A DNA stretch of 63,421 nt, counting the filler, from Octopus bimaculoides (Eukaryota), in assembly GCF_001194135.2 (NCBI RefSeq). It is 6 parts of 6 records of this genome, joined end to end, with 100 filler letters (N's around TTAATTAATTAA, not from the genome) between each part and the next. Parts side by side here need not be neighbours in the genome. Positions count along the whole stretch, not along the records: positions 7,618 to 13,888 come from NC_068994.1; positions 13,989 to 25,244 come from NC_068987.1; 4 more parts are not named here. One strand, given 5' to 3'. The notes under the pieces are model-generated. The model saw nothing but the letters and a program-made list of their open reading frames with translations, ran no database searches and was not told where the DNA came from. Shown here piece by piece: positions 11,352 to 22,510 of the stretch; positions within the stretch are counted from its first letter, which is position 1; each line of letters begins with the position of its first letter. A program made the position numbers and the translations under genes.

Positions 11352-11469
11352 TGTTCTCGACAGAACATGTCAGAATAAAAAAGTGGTGGCGAGGAGAAAT
11401 ATAGCTCATTATGTTCAAACTTGGAACACCTGTTAATCGAAGATATGTTTGATTCAAAGTGACCTGAGC
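11352..11469 (-). CDS. Candidate exon 2 of a minus-strand gene
   Basis: Acceptor tgttttttcAG and donor GTAAAG, 118 nt, phase 1 to 2: (G)SGHFESNISSINRCSKFEHNELYFSSPPLFYSDMFCRE. The phase is compatible with 12441-12564. Confidence 0.3.
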
Positions 11470-12400
11470 CTGAAAAAACAACATAGAATATTCACTTTTA
11501 CGATATGTTGGCATATTTATCTGAAAGTAGGATATCTCTTACCAACATTATGTCGAAAGTACAGACTGGGTAAGATGAATAAAAGAAAAATATATGATTA
11601 TTTTTTTTCTTTTCCAAAGTTTACAAACTACCAACAAAGTGGTTAAAAGAACGAGATTCGTTACACGTATACATCGTTTGATCAGATTTCTCACACTTGA
11701 AATAACATTATACCGTTAGATGTTTTATTTATTTATTTTTTTACACCCTGTCTATAATCACCTTAGTCATTCGATTTGTTAGAAATAATAATCAAATTCC
11801 TTCAAATCACACCTTGTCATCTTAAAGAAGGAGGGGGAAATTGGATAATGTACTCTTACGGAGGTGTTCAGAAATACAGGATGGTCACAACTGGAATGCC
11901 TTTAGCCATTGGTCTACTCAATCAAAGCTGACTTGTAATTTAACAAAAAGTTTGATCAATCCCAACTGGCGCGAAAGCGAGATGTGTGAAAAAACAACAC
12001 TCAAGCTGTAAGCGTCTTCAGCATTGTAACACGCTTTGCTAGAAATATCAATGAAATTTCTTGTGTACACGATGGCTGGGTAGAACATCTTTGATAATTC
12101 TGCTCAATTTGGGAAGTCTTGAATTTAAATTACAACACTGATTATCAAACCAGCTAGGGAACCACTTATTGGTTGTTTGACATGTTAGAAACAGCAGTCA
12201 AATATCACTTATTACACACTGTGCAATAAAAAAAAAAAGAGAAAAGCTTATTGAATTATCGCATTTATTCGTTTTAGCATGGATTTCCCAACACCCCCTA
12301 ACTTTTTATCATATTCTTCGGATTTTTATTTTTGAAATCCGAAATACAGAATTAAAAGAAGTATTTTAAAAAGCTTTCATTTTCTTTTTAATCAGCGACT

Positions 12401-12514
12401 GAGACGATCTTTTGGTATTAGTAGATGATGTCTCATTTACCCTCCTTTTTCGATGTGATGAGGGGACATTTCGTGGACGAATCACGTCGTCTACTAATAC
12501 CGAAAGATTGTCGC
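12401..12514 (+). repeat. 31-bp inverted repeat (hairpin)
   Basis: 12401-12431 pairs with 12484-12514: 26 Watson-Crick pairs, 4 G:U pairs and 1 mismatch on the plus strand. Confidence 0.85.
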
Positions 12515-12564
12515 GACGGAGTTGGTTTAGGGGGAGCTGGAGTACTTTTTTGAGGAAGGTACAT
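12441..12564 (-). CDS. Candidate first coding exon of a minus-strand gene
   Basis: Upstream acceptor ttttttcctactcAG, ATG at 12564, MYLPQKSTPAPPKPTPSRQSFGISRRRDSSTKCPLITSKKE, donor G|GTAAAT at 12440. Confidence 0.3.
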
Positions 12565-13559
12565 CTTCAAATCCTTTTACTCTGAGTAGGAAAAAATTTT
12601 TTTATAACGAATTGAAGGGAAAAAATTGTAGGCTCTGAATCTGATGTCCAAAATATAATAAAGAATTTAGAGATAGTACTTGAATTGTTTTGATGACTGG
12701 TTTGCACGTTAATGGCCAGTCTGTGCCTAGACAACCACACTTTAGTCATTTTAGCAATTGAGGGAAGCTGGGCGTGGGCGTTCGACGTGTTCGAAATAAC
12801 AGCGAAATCTCCCCAAGCCAAAACGAATAGTAACGTCTTGAGAGAGATAGAGAGAGAGAGAGAGAGAACGCTGTAGTTACATATATATATATATAAAAAA
12901 AAGACGAGATGGTCGCAACGGAAGGCATTTGATCTTAGGCCTGGGATTAAACACAGCTACATCAGTTCAAACGGAACTACACGACGCTATTTTCATTTCG
13001 TCACTCGATGATGTTAGTGGTGGCGGTGGTGTTTCTAGACAGTTCATGTGTGTGTGTATATGTGCGTGTACGTGCGCGGTTGTGTGTGAATCTGTGTGTG
13101 TGCGTGTATTTTAAAGATTATAATTCATTTAGGAAAGTCGTGGAGGACATCCGTATAATATCGATGAGCGGAGAGGCCTTTAAGTGCTCATTCACTCTGC
13201 TAAAAATAGCAGCCAAATCTTCAAATTACACCGGTGGTTCTCAACCGGGAACCATATGACCCCTGGTGGGGTGTGCCCATGTGAGAAACAGCAAATCAAG
13301 GATCCATAGTAGTTCATTAAGGGTCTATGAAAAAAAAAATTGCTTTAGATGTATTTTTTGTAAGAAACAATTTTCTTAATCTAATGTTTTACATAGCTCA
13401 ACTACACAAGTTAATGTGTGTGAAGCAAAATGGAAAGAAGTATCTACAAAACTAGTTTTTAAGCATTGAATGGCTATGGGAAGGGGGTCTACCAGAATAG
13501 AATAGTAATCAAAAGGGTCTTTAGCGAGGGATGTCGCTAATGAAAACGTCAACACTTTA

Positions 13560-13820
13560 ATAATTGGACTGAGTCATTTATCCAATGGCTGCGAAATGCT
13601 TCTGGTGCGGTAAGTGACAACACTCGTGTTCGTGCGTGAACAACTTCGTGTCCAGTGTTTTTTAGTAGAAAGTGGGTTATACATCTTTAGATTGTATGGT
13701 ACTACTCAAGCAGAGCGGACCCGAACGCGCAGTCGCGCGTCCGCGCTAGCTAGTCGTGAGTGGTCGATCCTACGAAAAAAGCGCGCGCGCAAATGAATAC
13801 ATGTGCGCGCGTGCGCGCGT
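13560..13820 (+). promoter_or_regulatory. CpG-rich promoter-like region with possible first micro-exon
   Basis: ATTGG at 13563, TGAGTCA at 13570-13576, CCAAT at 13582, then ATGGCTGCGAAATGCTTCTGGTGCG|GTAAGT (13585-13609). Dense CpGs at 13720-13820 in an otherwise CpG-poor background. Confidence 0.35.
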
Positions 13821-13888
13821 ATGCAAATTAGTAAATAATTTCTTTTAAACAAAGGCGTAGGAGTGGCTTCATAGGCGTAGGAGTGGCT

Positions 13889-13988
13889 NNNNNNNNNNNN
13901 NNNNNNNNNNNNNNNNNNNNNNNNNNNNNNNNTTAATTAATTAANNNNNNNNNNNNNNNNNNNNNNNNNNNNNNNNNNNNNNNNNNNN
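13889..13988. other. Artificial concatenation spacer
   Basis: TTAATTAATTAA at 13933-13944 flanked by 44 N on each side. Confidence 0.93.
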
Positions 13989-14026
<38 letters not shown>

Positions 14027-14579
14027 AGGGGGTATGTGTATGTGCGTGCGTGCGTGCGTGTATGTATGTATGTATGTATGTATGTATGTATGTATGGGCC
14101 TTGGAAAAGTCAATGTCTCCCGATGAATTGTAATTTCATTCTTAGTGAGAACCTTCAGCTTTGAAACTTTAAGTAATGACATTGTATTTATAAGGAATGA
14201 GTTCGACTTCGAACGGTTATTGTGTGTGATGTGGCAGTTTTGAGGAGTTTGTTTTACTTGTGTGTGGTATTTTTGTGTATATCAAGTACGGAGGCGTGCG
14301 GATGTGTGCAGGTGGATTCGGGATTTATAAAAAAAAAAACTTATAGATGAAGTAGTGTGCGTCAAAAATGGTGCTATTGTTGTGCTAATTGCTTTATAAG
14401 TGAAGAATTTAAGGGTGTGCTGGTTGTTTTGAATATAATATAGGTCACCGAGCAGAATAAGGATGAGATATATTAGTTGATTTTTTTTTTTTTGCGAGCA
14501 AATAAATTATGAAAATTATAACAAAAAACAAATATTTGAAAAACAAACCTTGATTACTGGAATAATTATGAGTACTTAC

Positions 14580-14649
14580 ATTCCATTTTTCTCTAATGAC
14601 ATGCTGTGGGCGCTGCTACAGCATTTATAGAATGTTGAAAAAATACCAT
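14580..14649 (-). CDS. Candidate small exon
   Basis: Acceptor caaatacagtttAG and strong donor GTAAGTA. Only one frame is open: GIFSTFYKCCSSAHSMSLEKNG. Confidence 0.25.
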
Positions 14650-14815
14650 CTAAACTGTATTTGAAAATCTCCCAAGTCGAGACTGTTACACTCTATTTTC
14701 TCTCATGCCATACTGTTAGAGGTGCAGCATTTGTGCAGTGTTGAGCGTATATCGTTATCGTTGCATAAAGTGTTTGAAAATCTTCCGAGCAACAAAATAT
14801 ATCATCATCGTTACG

Positions 14816-14904
14816 TAGGCGCAGACGTGTTAAAAAGCTTGCTTCCCAACCACATTGTTCTGGGTTTAGTCCCACTTGTAGAGGAAAACTGAAAGAAGCT
14901 TGTC

Positions 14905-14905
<1 letters not shown>
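14816..14905 (+). mobile_element. SINE family A, 5' part (internally deleted)
   Basis: aggcgcag...gcttgcttcccaaccacat...gggtttagtccc...gaaaactgaaagaagc followed by (TA)n. Confidence 0.7.
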
Positions 14906-14940
<35 letters not shown>

Positions 14941-15062
14941 NNNNNNNNNNNNNNNNNNNNNNNNNNNNNNNNNNNNNNNNNNNNNNNNNNNNNNNNNNNN
15001 NNNNNNNNNNNNNNNNNNNNNNNNNNNNNNNNNNNNNNNNNNNNNNNNNNNNNNNNNNNNNN

Positions 15063-15500
15063 CAGGACAGCGAATCCGTTTCAAGACGAAGAAGAAAGTT
15101 CTTGTGAGCGATGAGGGGTGGAGCGGCTATTGGGAGGCGACTGAAGATTTGCCAGGGTACTGGGGAATCTTTCCCATCCCAGTTGCGAAGGAATCGGATA
15201 TCATGGTATAATGTAAGAGAAGGAAAGTGGTAAATCTAGTCGAGTTAACGGTTCCTCATGAAGATAACATGGACGCCGCTCGGACTCGAAAGAGGAATGT
15301 GAAGACGCAGGCTGGAAAGCGGAGCAATTTCTAATCGAAGTCGAATGCAGAAGATTCGTTGGACACAGTGTGAGGCGACTGTTGTTATCGTTAGTCCTAA
15401 TTCATCGTAAAGCAAAAACCACCATGAGTGATATCCAAAACACAGTGGAAAAGGCATGCCACTGGATTTGTTTAAAAAGAGATGATGAGCGATAGCTAGA
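15063..15500 (+). mobile_element. Non-LTR retrotransposon REL-endonuclease fragment (Hero-like)
   Basis: Remnants ...DIMV...VVNLVELTVPHEDNMDAARTRK...ECEDAGWKAEQFLIEVECRRFVG, matching a PD-(D/E)xK REL C-terminus. Confidence 0.7.
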
Positions 15501-15660
15501 AGAATATTGAGCTACATCTGATAACCAGTTGATCTAGCAAGCGGGGCCTCATTTCAGTGAGAGGAGCCGGTACGCATTGATGCCGTCGGGAGGTTTCCGG
15601 TATGCGGAGCTTTCGACTGATAACACTTGCATGTGCAAGTTGTTTCCAAAACGTATCTAT

Positions 15661-15895
15661 CTATGTGTGTATCTTTGTGCCTGTGTTCGTCCCCACTCTC
15701 ATCACCATTTGACAACCGGTGTTGGTGTTTAATTCCCTCGTAACTTAGCAGTTCGGCAAAAGACGCCGATAGAATAAGTACTAGGTTTAAGATATATTAA
15801 TCTTGGGGTCGATTTGTTCCACTAAAACTAATCAAGGCGGTGCTCCAGCATGCCCGCAGTCAAATGACTGAAACAAGTAAAAGAATGAAAGAATA
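15661..15895 (+). mobile_element. SINE family A, 3' part
   Basis: cttagcagttcggcaaaaga...ggggtcgatttg...ggcggtgctccagcatg...cagtcaaatgactgaaacaagtaaaaga. Confidence 0.8.
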
Positions 15896-16969
15896 AACAG
15901 CTTAGAAATTTCTCCAATTTCTGACCTCGTTTCATACTCTCACTAGACATATCAAAGAACACACAGCACATAGCCACATAATAAAATATTGTTATCACAA
16001 CTGAGCTCTAATAATTTTTTTTTTTTTTTTTTTTTTTTGCTCAGGAGAAAAGTCAGCGTTCAGGACCCTTTAAAAATCCTCCCAAAATTGAGAATAGATG
16101 ACAAAGAATATACTCAAGCTAGAAACTTGGCCCAAACTGTTGGTCTCCGCTGAAAGAATCCAAGTTGCTTGTTGGCAGTATTTAAAACAAAAATCAAGAA
16201 AAGGATATTATAATCTTCAAACGGTACCTGAAGAAATTCCTACAAGAAATACCTATCGAACTACACAGACCGGATTTTAAAAGATATACCTTATACCACA
16301 TAAAATTTCGCTCACATGTTCATAGCTGAAATTAATAATAACACTGCCAATGAAAACCTCACTGCAGCACCAGAAAACTATCTAAGAAGACGTAAGTGCT
16401 CTTTTCATCTTATGTGAACTGTACATCTAAACCAAGATCTACTTTGTCGCTATGAAAAAGCCTGCAAAGACTCTTCTATCGGATATAGGAAGCAGTTAAA
16501 AAATACTGGGAGGTAGCTCATCCCAATTTAAGCACCTTTACTGCGAAACAGCTTCGGCAATAAGCATCTATCTTTTTAAAAAATGGCTTGCTCTCTTGAT
16601 GTTAATCGATTTTCTCAAAACACCGAGAACTGACCAAAGCCTGCCAGAAGAGTGATCGAAAATAAAGCAAACAACCTGTTACCGTCATCACTAAATTCTC
16701 GCGTCTCTCCAAATATAGCTAAATCAGCAGGGACAACTATGGAATATATTTAACTTAGAAACATCCTGAAACTACAGTTCATAGAAAACTTTTCAGCTGT
16801 TTCGAAACTATCGTTAAGCGACAGGCTATTCTTAATAAGATTAAGAAAAATCTAATAGCTCTGTAGTGAAACTACCTCCCACCATTAGATACAAACTACT
16901 ATCGCCATTACATACAATCTTAACATTTAAATATAAATAAATGCGAGCGTAGTAGAGAACCCATTCGTT

Positions 16970-17070
16970 GTCATCACGTGACTGATTATTCGAATCGGCA
17001 ACTTCTTCGAACCTTTCCCGCCAGAACGCAAACTGACCAATCACGGCCCCTAATAAGGTCACGTGATAGA
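16970..17070. promoter_or_regulatory. Promoter-like motif cluster (E-box, E2F, CCAAT, E-box)
   Basis: TCACGTGAC at 16974-16982, TTTCCCGC at 17014-17021, CCAATCA at 17037-17043 and GTCACGTGA at 17058-17066, within 93 bp and next to a gap. Confidence 0.5.
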
Positions 17071-18879
17071 GTAAAATTCTGAAGGCATTTGGAGCCCTCT
17101 TAACGCTATATATAGNNNNNNNNNNNNNNNNNNNNNNNNNNNNNNNNNNNNNNNNNNNNNNNNNNNNNNNNNNNNNNNNNNNNNNNNNNNNNNNNNNNNN
17201 NNNNNNNNNNNNNNNNNNNNNNNNNNNNNNNNNNNNNNNNNNNNNNNNNNNNNNNNNNNNNNNNNNNNNNNNNNNNNNNNNNNNNNNNNNNNNNNNNNNN
17301 NNNNNNNNNNNNNNNNNNNNNNNNNNNNNNNNNNNNNNNNNNNNNNNNNNNNNNNNNNNNNNNNNNNNNNNNNNNNNNNNNNNNNNNNNNNNNNNNNNNN
17401 NNNNNNNNNNNNNNNNNNNNNNNNNNNNNNNNNNNNNNNNNNNNNNNNNNNNNNNNNNNNNNNNNNNNNNNNNNNNNNNNNNNNNNNNNNNNNNNNNNNN
17501 NNNNNNNNNNNNNNNNNNNNNNNNNNNNNNNNNNNNNNNNNNNNNNNNNNNNNNNNNNNNNNNNNNNNNNNNNNNNNNNNNNNNNNNNNNNNNNNNNNNN
17601 NNNNNNNNNNNNNNNNNNNNNNNNNNNNNNNNNNNNNNNNNNNNNNNNNNNNNNNNNNNNNNNNNNNNNNNNNNNNNNNNNNNNNNNNNNCTGCCACACT
17701 CAGCCAACTCACTTTCACATACAGAACTTTTCCTATAGTGTACTAACGAACTGGTATAATTGCTCACGTGTTATTGACTCTCTTTCTATCTGCTGTAAAC
17801 ACTCATACACACATGTATCACTCACATACACACTTTTCTTTGTATGACGGCCTGTTTTTGATTATGTTCTTATATGTCGCATTCACACTCTCACACAGAC
17901 ATACATCTTTAACGCCATAATAAATATCTCTGTTATTCCTCTTATACGGTTGTGGTCTTTCATTACTGGTCATCTATGTTATCGTCGCATAACATAACAT
18001 CATGTATATCATATTTGATATATATTATTGTGTGTTCGACCGTGTGACACGTTTACATAAAAGGAGTCCTCTGTTTTTTCCATTCGTCACCATTTCTACT
18101 TTTTTGAGTTCGCACGGTCGTCCCTTACAGCTCTAATGTTGAAAGTAATTGGTGATGTCGCTGAAGAGTACCTGGAATCATGCGATGTTAATTAGTGAAA
18201 TATCAATACCTCATATACACAGCTGCTATCACTCTTAAAGAACACCTCGGAGAAATGGGCAGTATACATGGTAATGAAACTCCTAACTGGAAGCAACCTA
18301 GATGGAAAACAAAACCTGAAGAAAACAGCAATCTGCGGCACCATACTGGATGGTTAACCACGATAAAAAAATGTAAAACTAATAATGAGTTTACAACTCA
18401 TGAATTACATGAATGAGTTAACAAACGTCTGTGATTGCTCATCACACTTAACTCTTGGGGGAAGTTTAAAACACGAATTCAGGTTACTAAGCGAAAATAT
18501 TTGCTACCGCAGATGAATTTTTGAACGATTCTGTATAAATCATAAGTTTGCTTCAACCCGCAAATATTATACAGAAAGATGAAAAAGGAAATTATTACTG
18601 ATAAGAAAGTCCCCTTTCAAGAAGATCTTGAATAATTCAGGTTGAAAATCTGGAACGAAAAGAAAGATTTCAACCTTAATGCACAGTAGCTAAATGCAGT
18701 AAGGAGAGAATGCTGTACCAACATCAACAGTAAAACATATGCAATTGACCCGGAAATCTCACCATAGCTCTAGGCAAACTGCATAATGTAAAAGCATCTA
18801 GAAGGGATCTAATAGTTAGGTACTGGTATAAGAGACTGACATTCTACTAATATATAATAGCACGGACAAATCTCATAGC

Positions 18880-20530
18880 CAAGAATGAAACCATCGCGTT
18901 GGCAGAAAACTATCAGGTCATTACTTACATAAATATTATGTAATAAACTGTACACAAGCTTCCCCCACCAATTTCTCTCCAGGATCATTGCAAGTCCAAC
19001 GACATAGTGACTAATGAACAGGTGATGGAAAGAAGTGAATGTGGAGATGTGCCAAACAACTCTTAATGGACAGAGGTGTACTGACTGAAATGAAAAAAAT
19101 ATATCGTAGGAGCTTTGCAGCAGTATGGCTCGTTTGTAGGAAAGCATTCTACTCTATGCCCCACTTATGGCTGCTGAAGCGTTCACATATGGCAAAAGTG
19201 CTTGCTATCTTAATTGCTGTCATTGAGAGGTTCACAAAGACCTGGGCAACAATTCTTACACTTAGAACTGAGAGCGGAACGATCGTCCCCAGTGTTATAA
19301 AGATTTCAAAGAGATATTACAAGGAAATAGTCTGTTTGTAAATTCTGTTCATTTTGGCATTAAATCCATTATCATTCCTGCTACAAAAATGAAATGGTTA
19401 TATGCTATGGTTTGCAACTACTAGAAATATTAATTCAACCCACGATTTCTTTGTGAATGACCTCAAGATTTGTGCTAAAAATGTTGACAATGCCAAAAAA
19501 CAGATGGAATTAATAACATTTTCAGAAGACATTGTGGAATGGGAAAAATCAATCCCCCAAACCCAAAACCTGTGCATCAATAGCTTCACTATCTTCCCTC
19601 TCCTACATAAGGACTGCTACAAGTACGTGGGCATTGATGAAAACATATCATACAAAGGTACTGTGAATAAAAATTGAGTGACCCGAGAATATTATACAGA
19701 CTTAGGAAAATATAGCAGTCGAAACTCTTATCTTACAACACAATATCCCACAATGCATTTGCTGCACCAGTGCTAATTCAAACATTTAGGATACTTGACT
19801 GGTCTAAAGAGAAAATCCACTCTATAGACATTAAAACCCGGATGATACTGACACCAACTGGAAATCTCCACAGAAATAGGGATATTGACAGACTTTAGCT
19901 CAGAAGAGATAAAAGAGGTAGAGGTTTGTGACCAGTGCAGTTAGCCTTCGAATGTCTTAGAGTTTCTCTCAGAAAGCACTTGGTATACAACTGCGGCAAA
20001 AGTAAATATATTAACTTAGTGCTGAAACCTAAAGAAAATGATATGCTACTTGTCGGCAGCGAGCTCCTTAGGAAGCACTCTCTTCCTGATGACCTCCCAT
20101 GCAACCCCAAAACAGCTGGACTAACATACCTCAAAGAAGACCTGGATTGTCAAACGCTCAACATACCAAAAAAGTCTATGCATATCCCTGACGACTAGAA
20201 GACAATAATATCAATATGAAGTGAAACCTCTCTTGGACTCGTGACTGCTACATCACACTTCGATGGCTATGTATATGCAATCCAAGAACAAGAGATTGCT
20301 ACGAAATACCTAATAAAAAAGATGCAATCGAAAATGTAGATTATGTCATACTTCTGTGGAAGACATCAGTCATGTGATTAGCAACTGCCCAAAAATGCTG
20401 TCAAAATACTATCTTCCTAATGCGACACGATGTTGTCGCGAAAACGGTATACAATGCCTTTCGGGTAAAACACTGTCCTGGAATAAATATAGAGAATCCC
20501 TCTGCTATTGAACTCGCTAGTTGCCAATAT
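18880..20530 (+). mobile_element. Degenerate R4/Dong-like non-LTR retrotransposon (RT to zinc knuckle)
   Basis: RT catalytic region remnant HDFFVNDLKICAK, CYKYVGI, GYVYAIQEQEIATKY and the CCHC region CRLCHTSVEDISHVISNCPKM...RHDVVAKTVY, with many stops and frameshifts. Confidence 0.8.
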
Positions 20531-21189
20531 TTCCACCTTGAAGATAGAAACCGGTGTTATGGTAATGTTTATATGCATCCACTATTGGTTGCATATCCTT
20601 GACGCTTTGCATACTTCATCTGCTAACATTACAACTATTACGTAATTCCAAGCCCCCAGAAACAGCTATCGGACCTGAACTACCATGCCCTCTCTGTATC
20701 TTGTACTCCACATAAATTGGTTCTGCAAATATATAAATATCTTTCTTGTATATGCTTTTACACGAGTGTTCATCTGAATATTTTCAGTTTTTGTTTCTAT
20801 ATATATCAATATACATATTTACATGTGTATATATATGGATGTATATTTTATATATCAAGCCTAAGCGTGATTATTTGCATCATTATCAGCTCACCTGGAT
20901 TCTTCTTATAACCACTCTTTACTCCGAGGACTTAATCCTAGATAAAGACTTTGGAGTGTGAAGTCAACTCATTTGAGAACTACTGCGTGTTTTCTATATT
21001 AAGCATCTCTGAATCTCACCTGTTGCTCTATACATGTATGTATATTATATATACATATATTATGGACCCTTATCGCAAACGTCGGAACTCTGAAGGAATA
21101 TCGTGCCCAGATTATTTGTTTTTAGTGATCATAGCCTCCATCGAATCGACATTGGCGGTACAAGTGCACTGTGTGCCATACGTCGGATG

Positions 21190-21320
21190 TCGAACTGATC
21201 GCTGTGCAACCTGAAATGAAGTGTTTTGGTCATGTACACAACGCATCGCCGGATCCAGGAATCGAAACCACGATCGCAAGATCGTGAGTGCAACATCCTG
21301 ATCACTAGGCCTCACGCTTT
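21190..21320 (-). mobile_element. tRNA-headed SINE, family D
   Basis: Reverse complement: gaggcctagtgatcaggatgttgcactcacgatc...ggtttcgattcc...aaaacacttcatttc. Related to 59706-59822 and 53352-53600. Confidence 0.65.
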
Positions 21321-21432
21321 CGTTATATATACATATATAGGTATGTGTGTGTATGTACAAACATACATATGTGTGTGTGCATATGTGGATGTACACATAC
21401 ATGCATATATATGTGCGTATACACACACACAT

Positions 21433-21473
<41 letters not shown>

Positions 21474-22205
21474 TAAGACAATGGATATTGTCGCAACATT
21501 TGATAAAGATAGTATTAAGAATGTATAAAAACATAATTAACATAATCAAAATTAAATGAAAATTATACATACATGATTTGAATGCTTGAGCGACTTTCAT
21601 ATTTTCCCCCACTAAATGCTGCCAGTGTGCCAAACAATGAACAGGTAGTATCTGATGGGAAATTTAACGCTTTAGGAGAGACGAAAATCCTCTGTATCTT
21701 CCTATCATCGAAGGGACTCCATCAGACGCACAGGCAAGAATGTTACTGAGTAGGATAGTACGTTCAAAAAGGAAAGATTTGAGAGTGTGAAAAATAGTTG
21801 CACCTTTTGAATCAAGCAGAAATTTCTCTGTGAACAGCATTTCTTCACAAGGTTGAAGGTCTCCGCTGAAATACCGAACATATACCAACATCAAACATTG
21901 ATTGTCCGCAACAGTTGATTCATCCACTTGTATAGAAAATTCAGAACGCTGGAGAATATTAATGAGCTGATGTTTGACACCGTTGGCCATTTCATCGATG
22001 CTTCGAAAAATTGTTATTACTAAGAGGGATCTTCTTCACAATGTTATCGGGCTTTTCGTGCTCAACAGTTGACAAAACCTCTTCGATAACTGGGCGAAGT
22101 AATGTTTCTCCAATTGTCTGAAACTTCCCAGACTTAGCAACAAGCAATGCAATTATTTACATTATTTACATTTGACGGATATTTGTCCTCATCTTGTTTG
22201 TTGTT

Positions 22206-22251
22206 AACACAACGTTTCGGCTGATATACCCTCCAGCCTTCGTCAGGTGTC
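22206..22251 (-). ncRNA. Minimal type-I hammerhead ribozyme (intact core)
   Basis: GACAC-CUGACGA-A-GGCUG(GAGGGUAUAU)CAGCC-GAA-ACGU-U-GUGUU: canonical CUGANGA/GAAA core with palindromic helix III ACGU. Confidence 0.8.
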
Positions 22252-22464
22252 TTGGGGAAATTTCGAACCTGGGTTCTCATTCCTAACGATGTTACTATTA
22301 TTATATTATTATTATTATTACTATTATTAATCAGGTCGCTGCCGTGAATCGAACTCGGAATCTTGGGGTTNNNNNNNNNNTAATAATAGTAATAATAATA
22401 ATAATAATAATATAATAATAGTAACATCGTTAGGAATGAGAACCCAGGTTCGAAATTTCCCCAA

Positions 22465-22510
22465 GACACCTGACGAAGGCTGGAGGGTATATCAGCCGAA
22501 ATGTTGTGTT
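22465..22510 (+). ncRNA. Minimal type-I hammerhead ribozyme, inverted copy
   Basis: Same fold as 22206-22251, except helix III reads AUGU (C to U change). Confidence 0.7.

Noticed and set aside
236-12564. Joining the minus-strand exons at 11-12.5 kb to the frame at 236-473
   Set aside because: It also crosses the synthetic linker, so phase agreement alone is not evidence.
16020-16830. A-rich stretch with broken reading frames
   Set aside because: It may be the N-terminal part of a decayed non-LTR element, but I could not identify a diagnostic motif.
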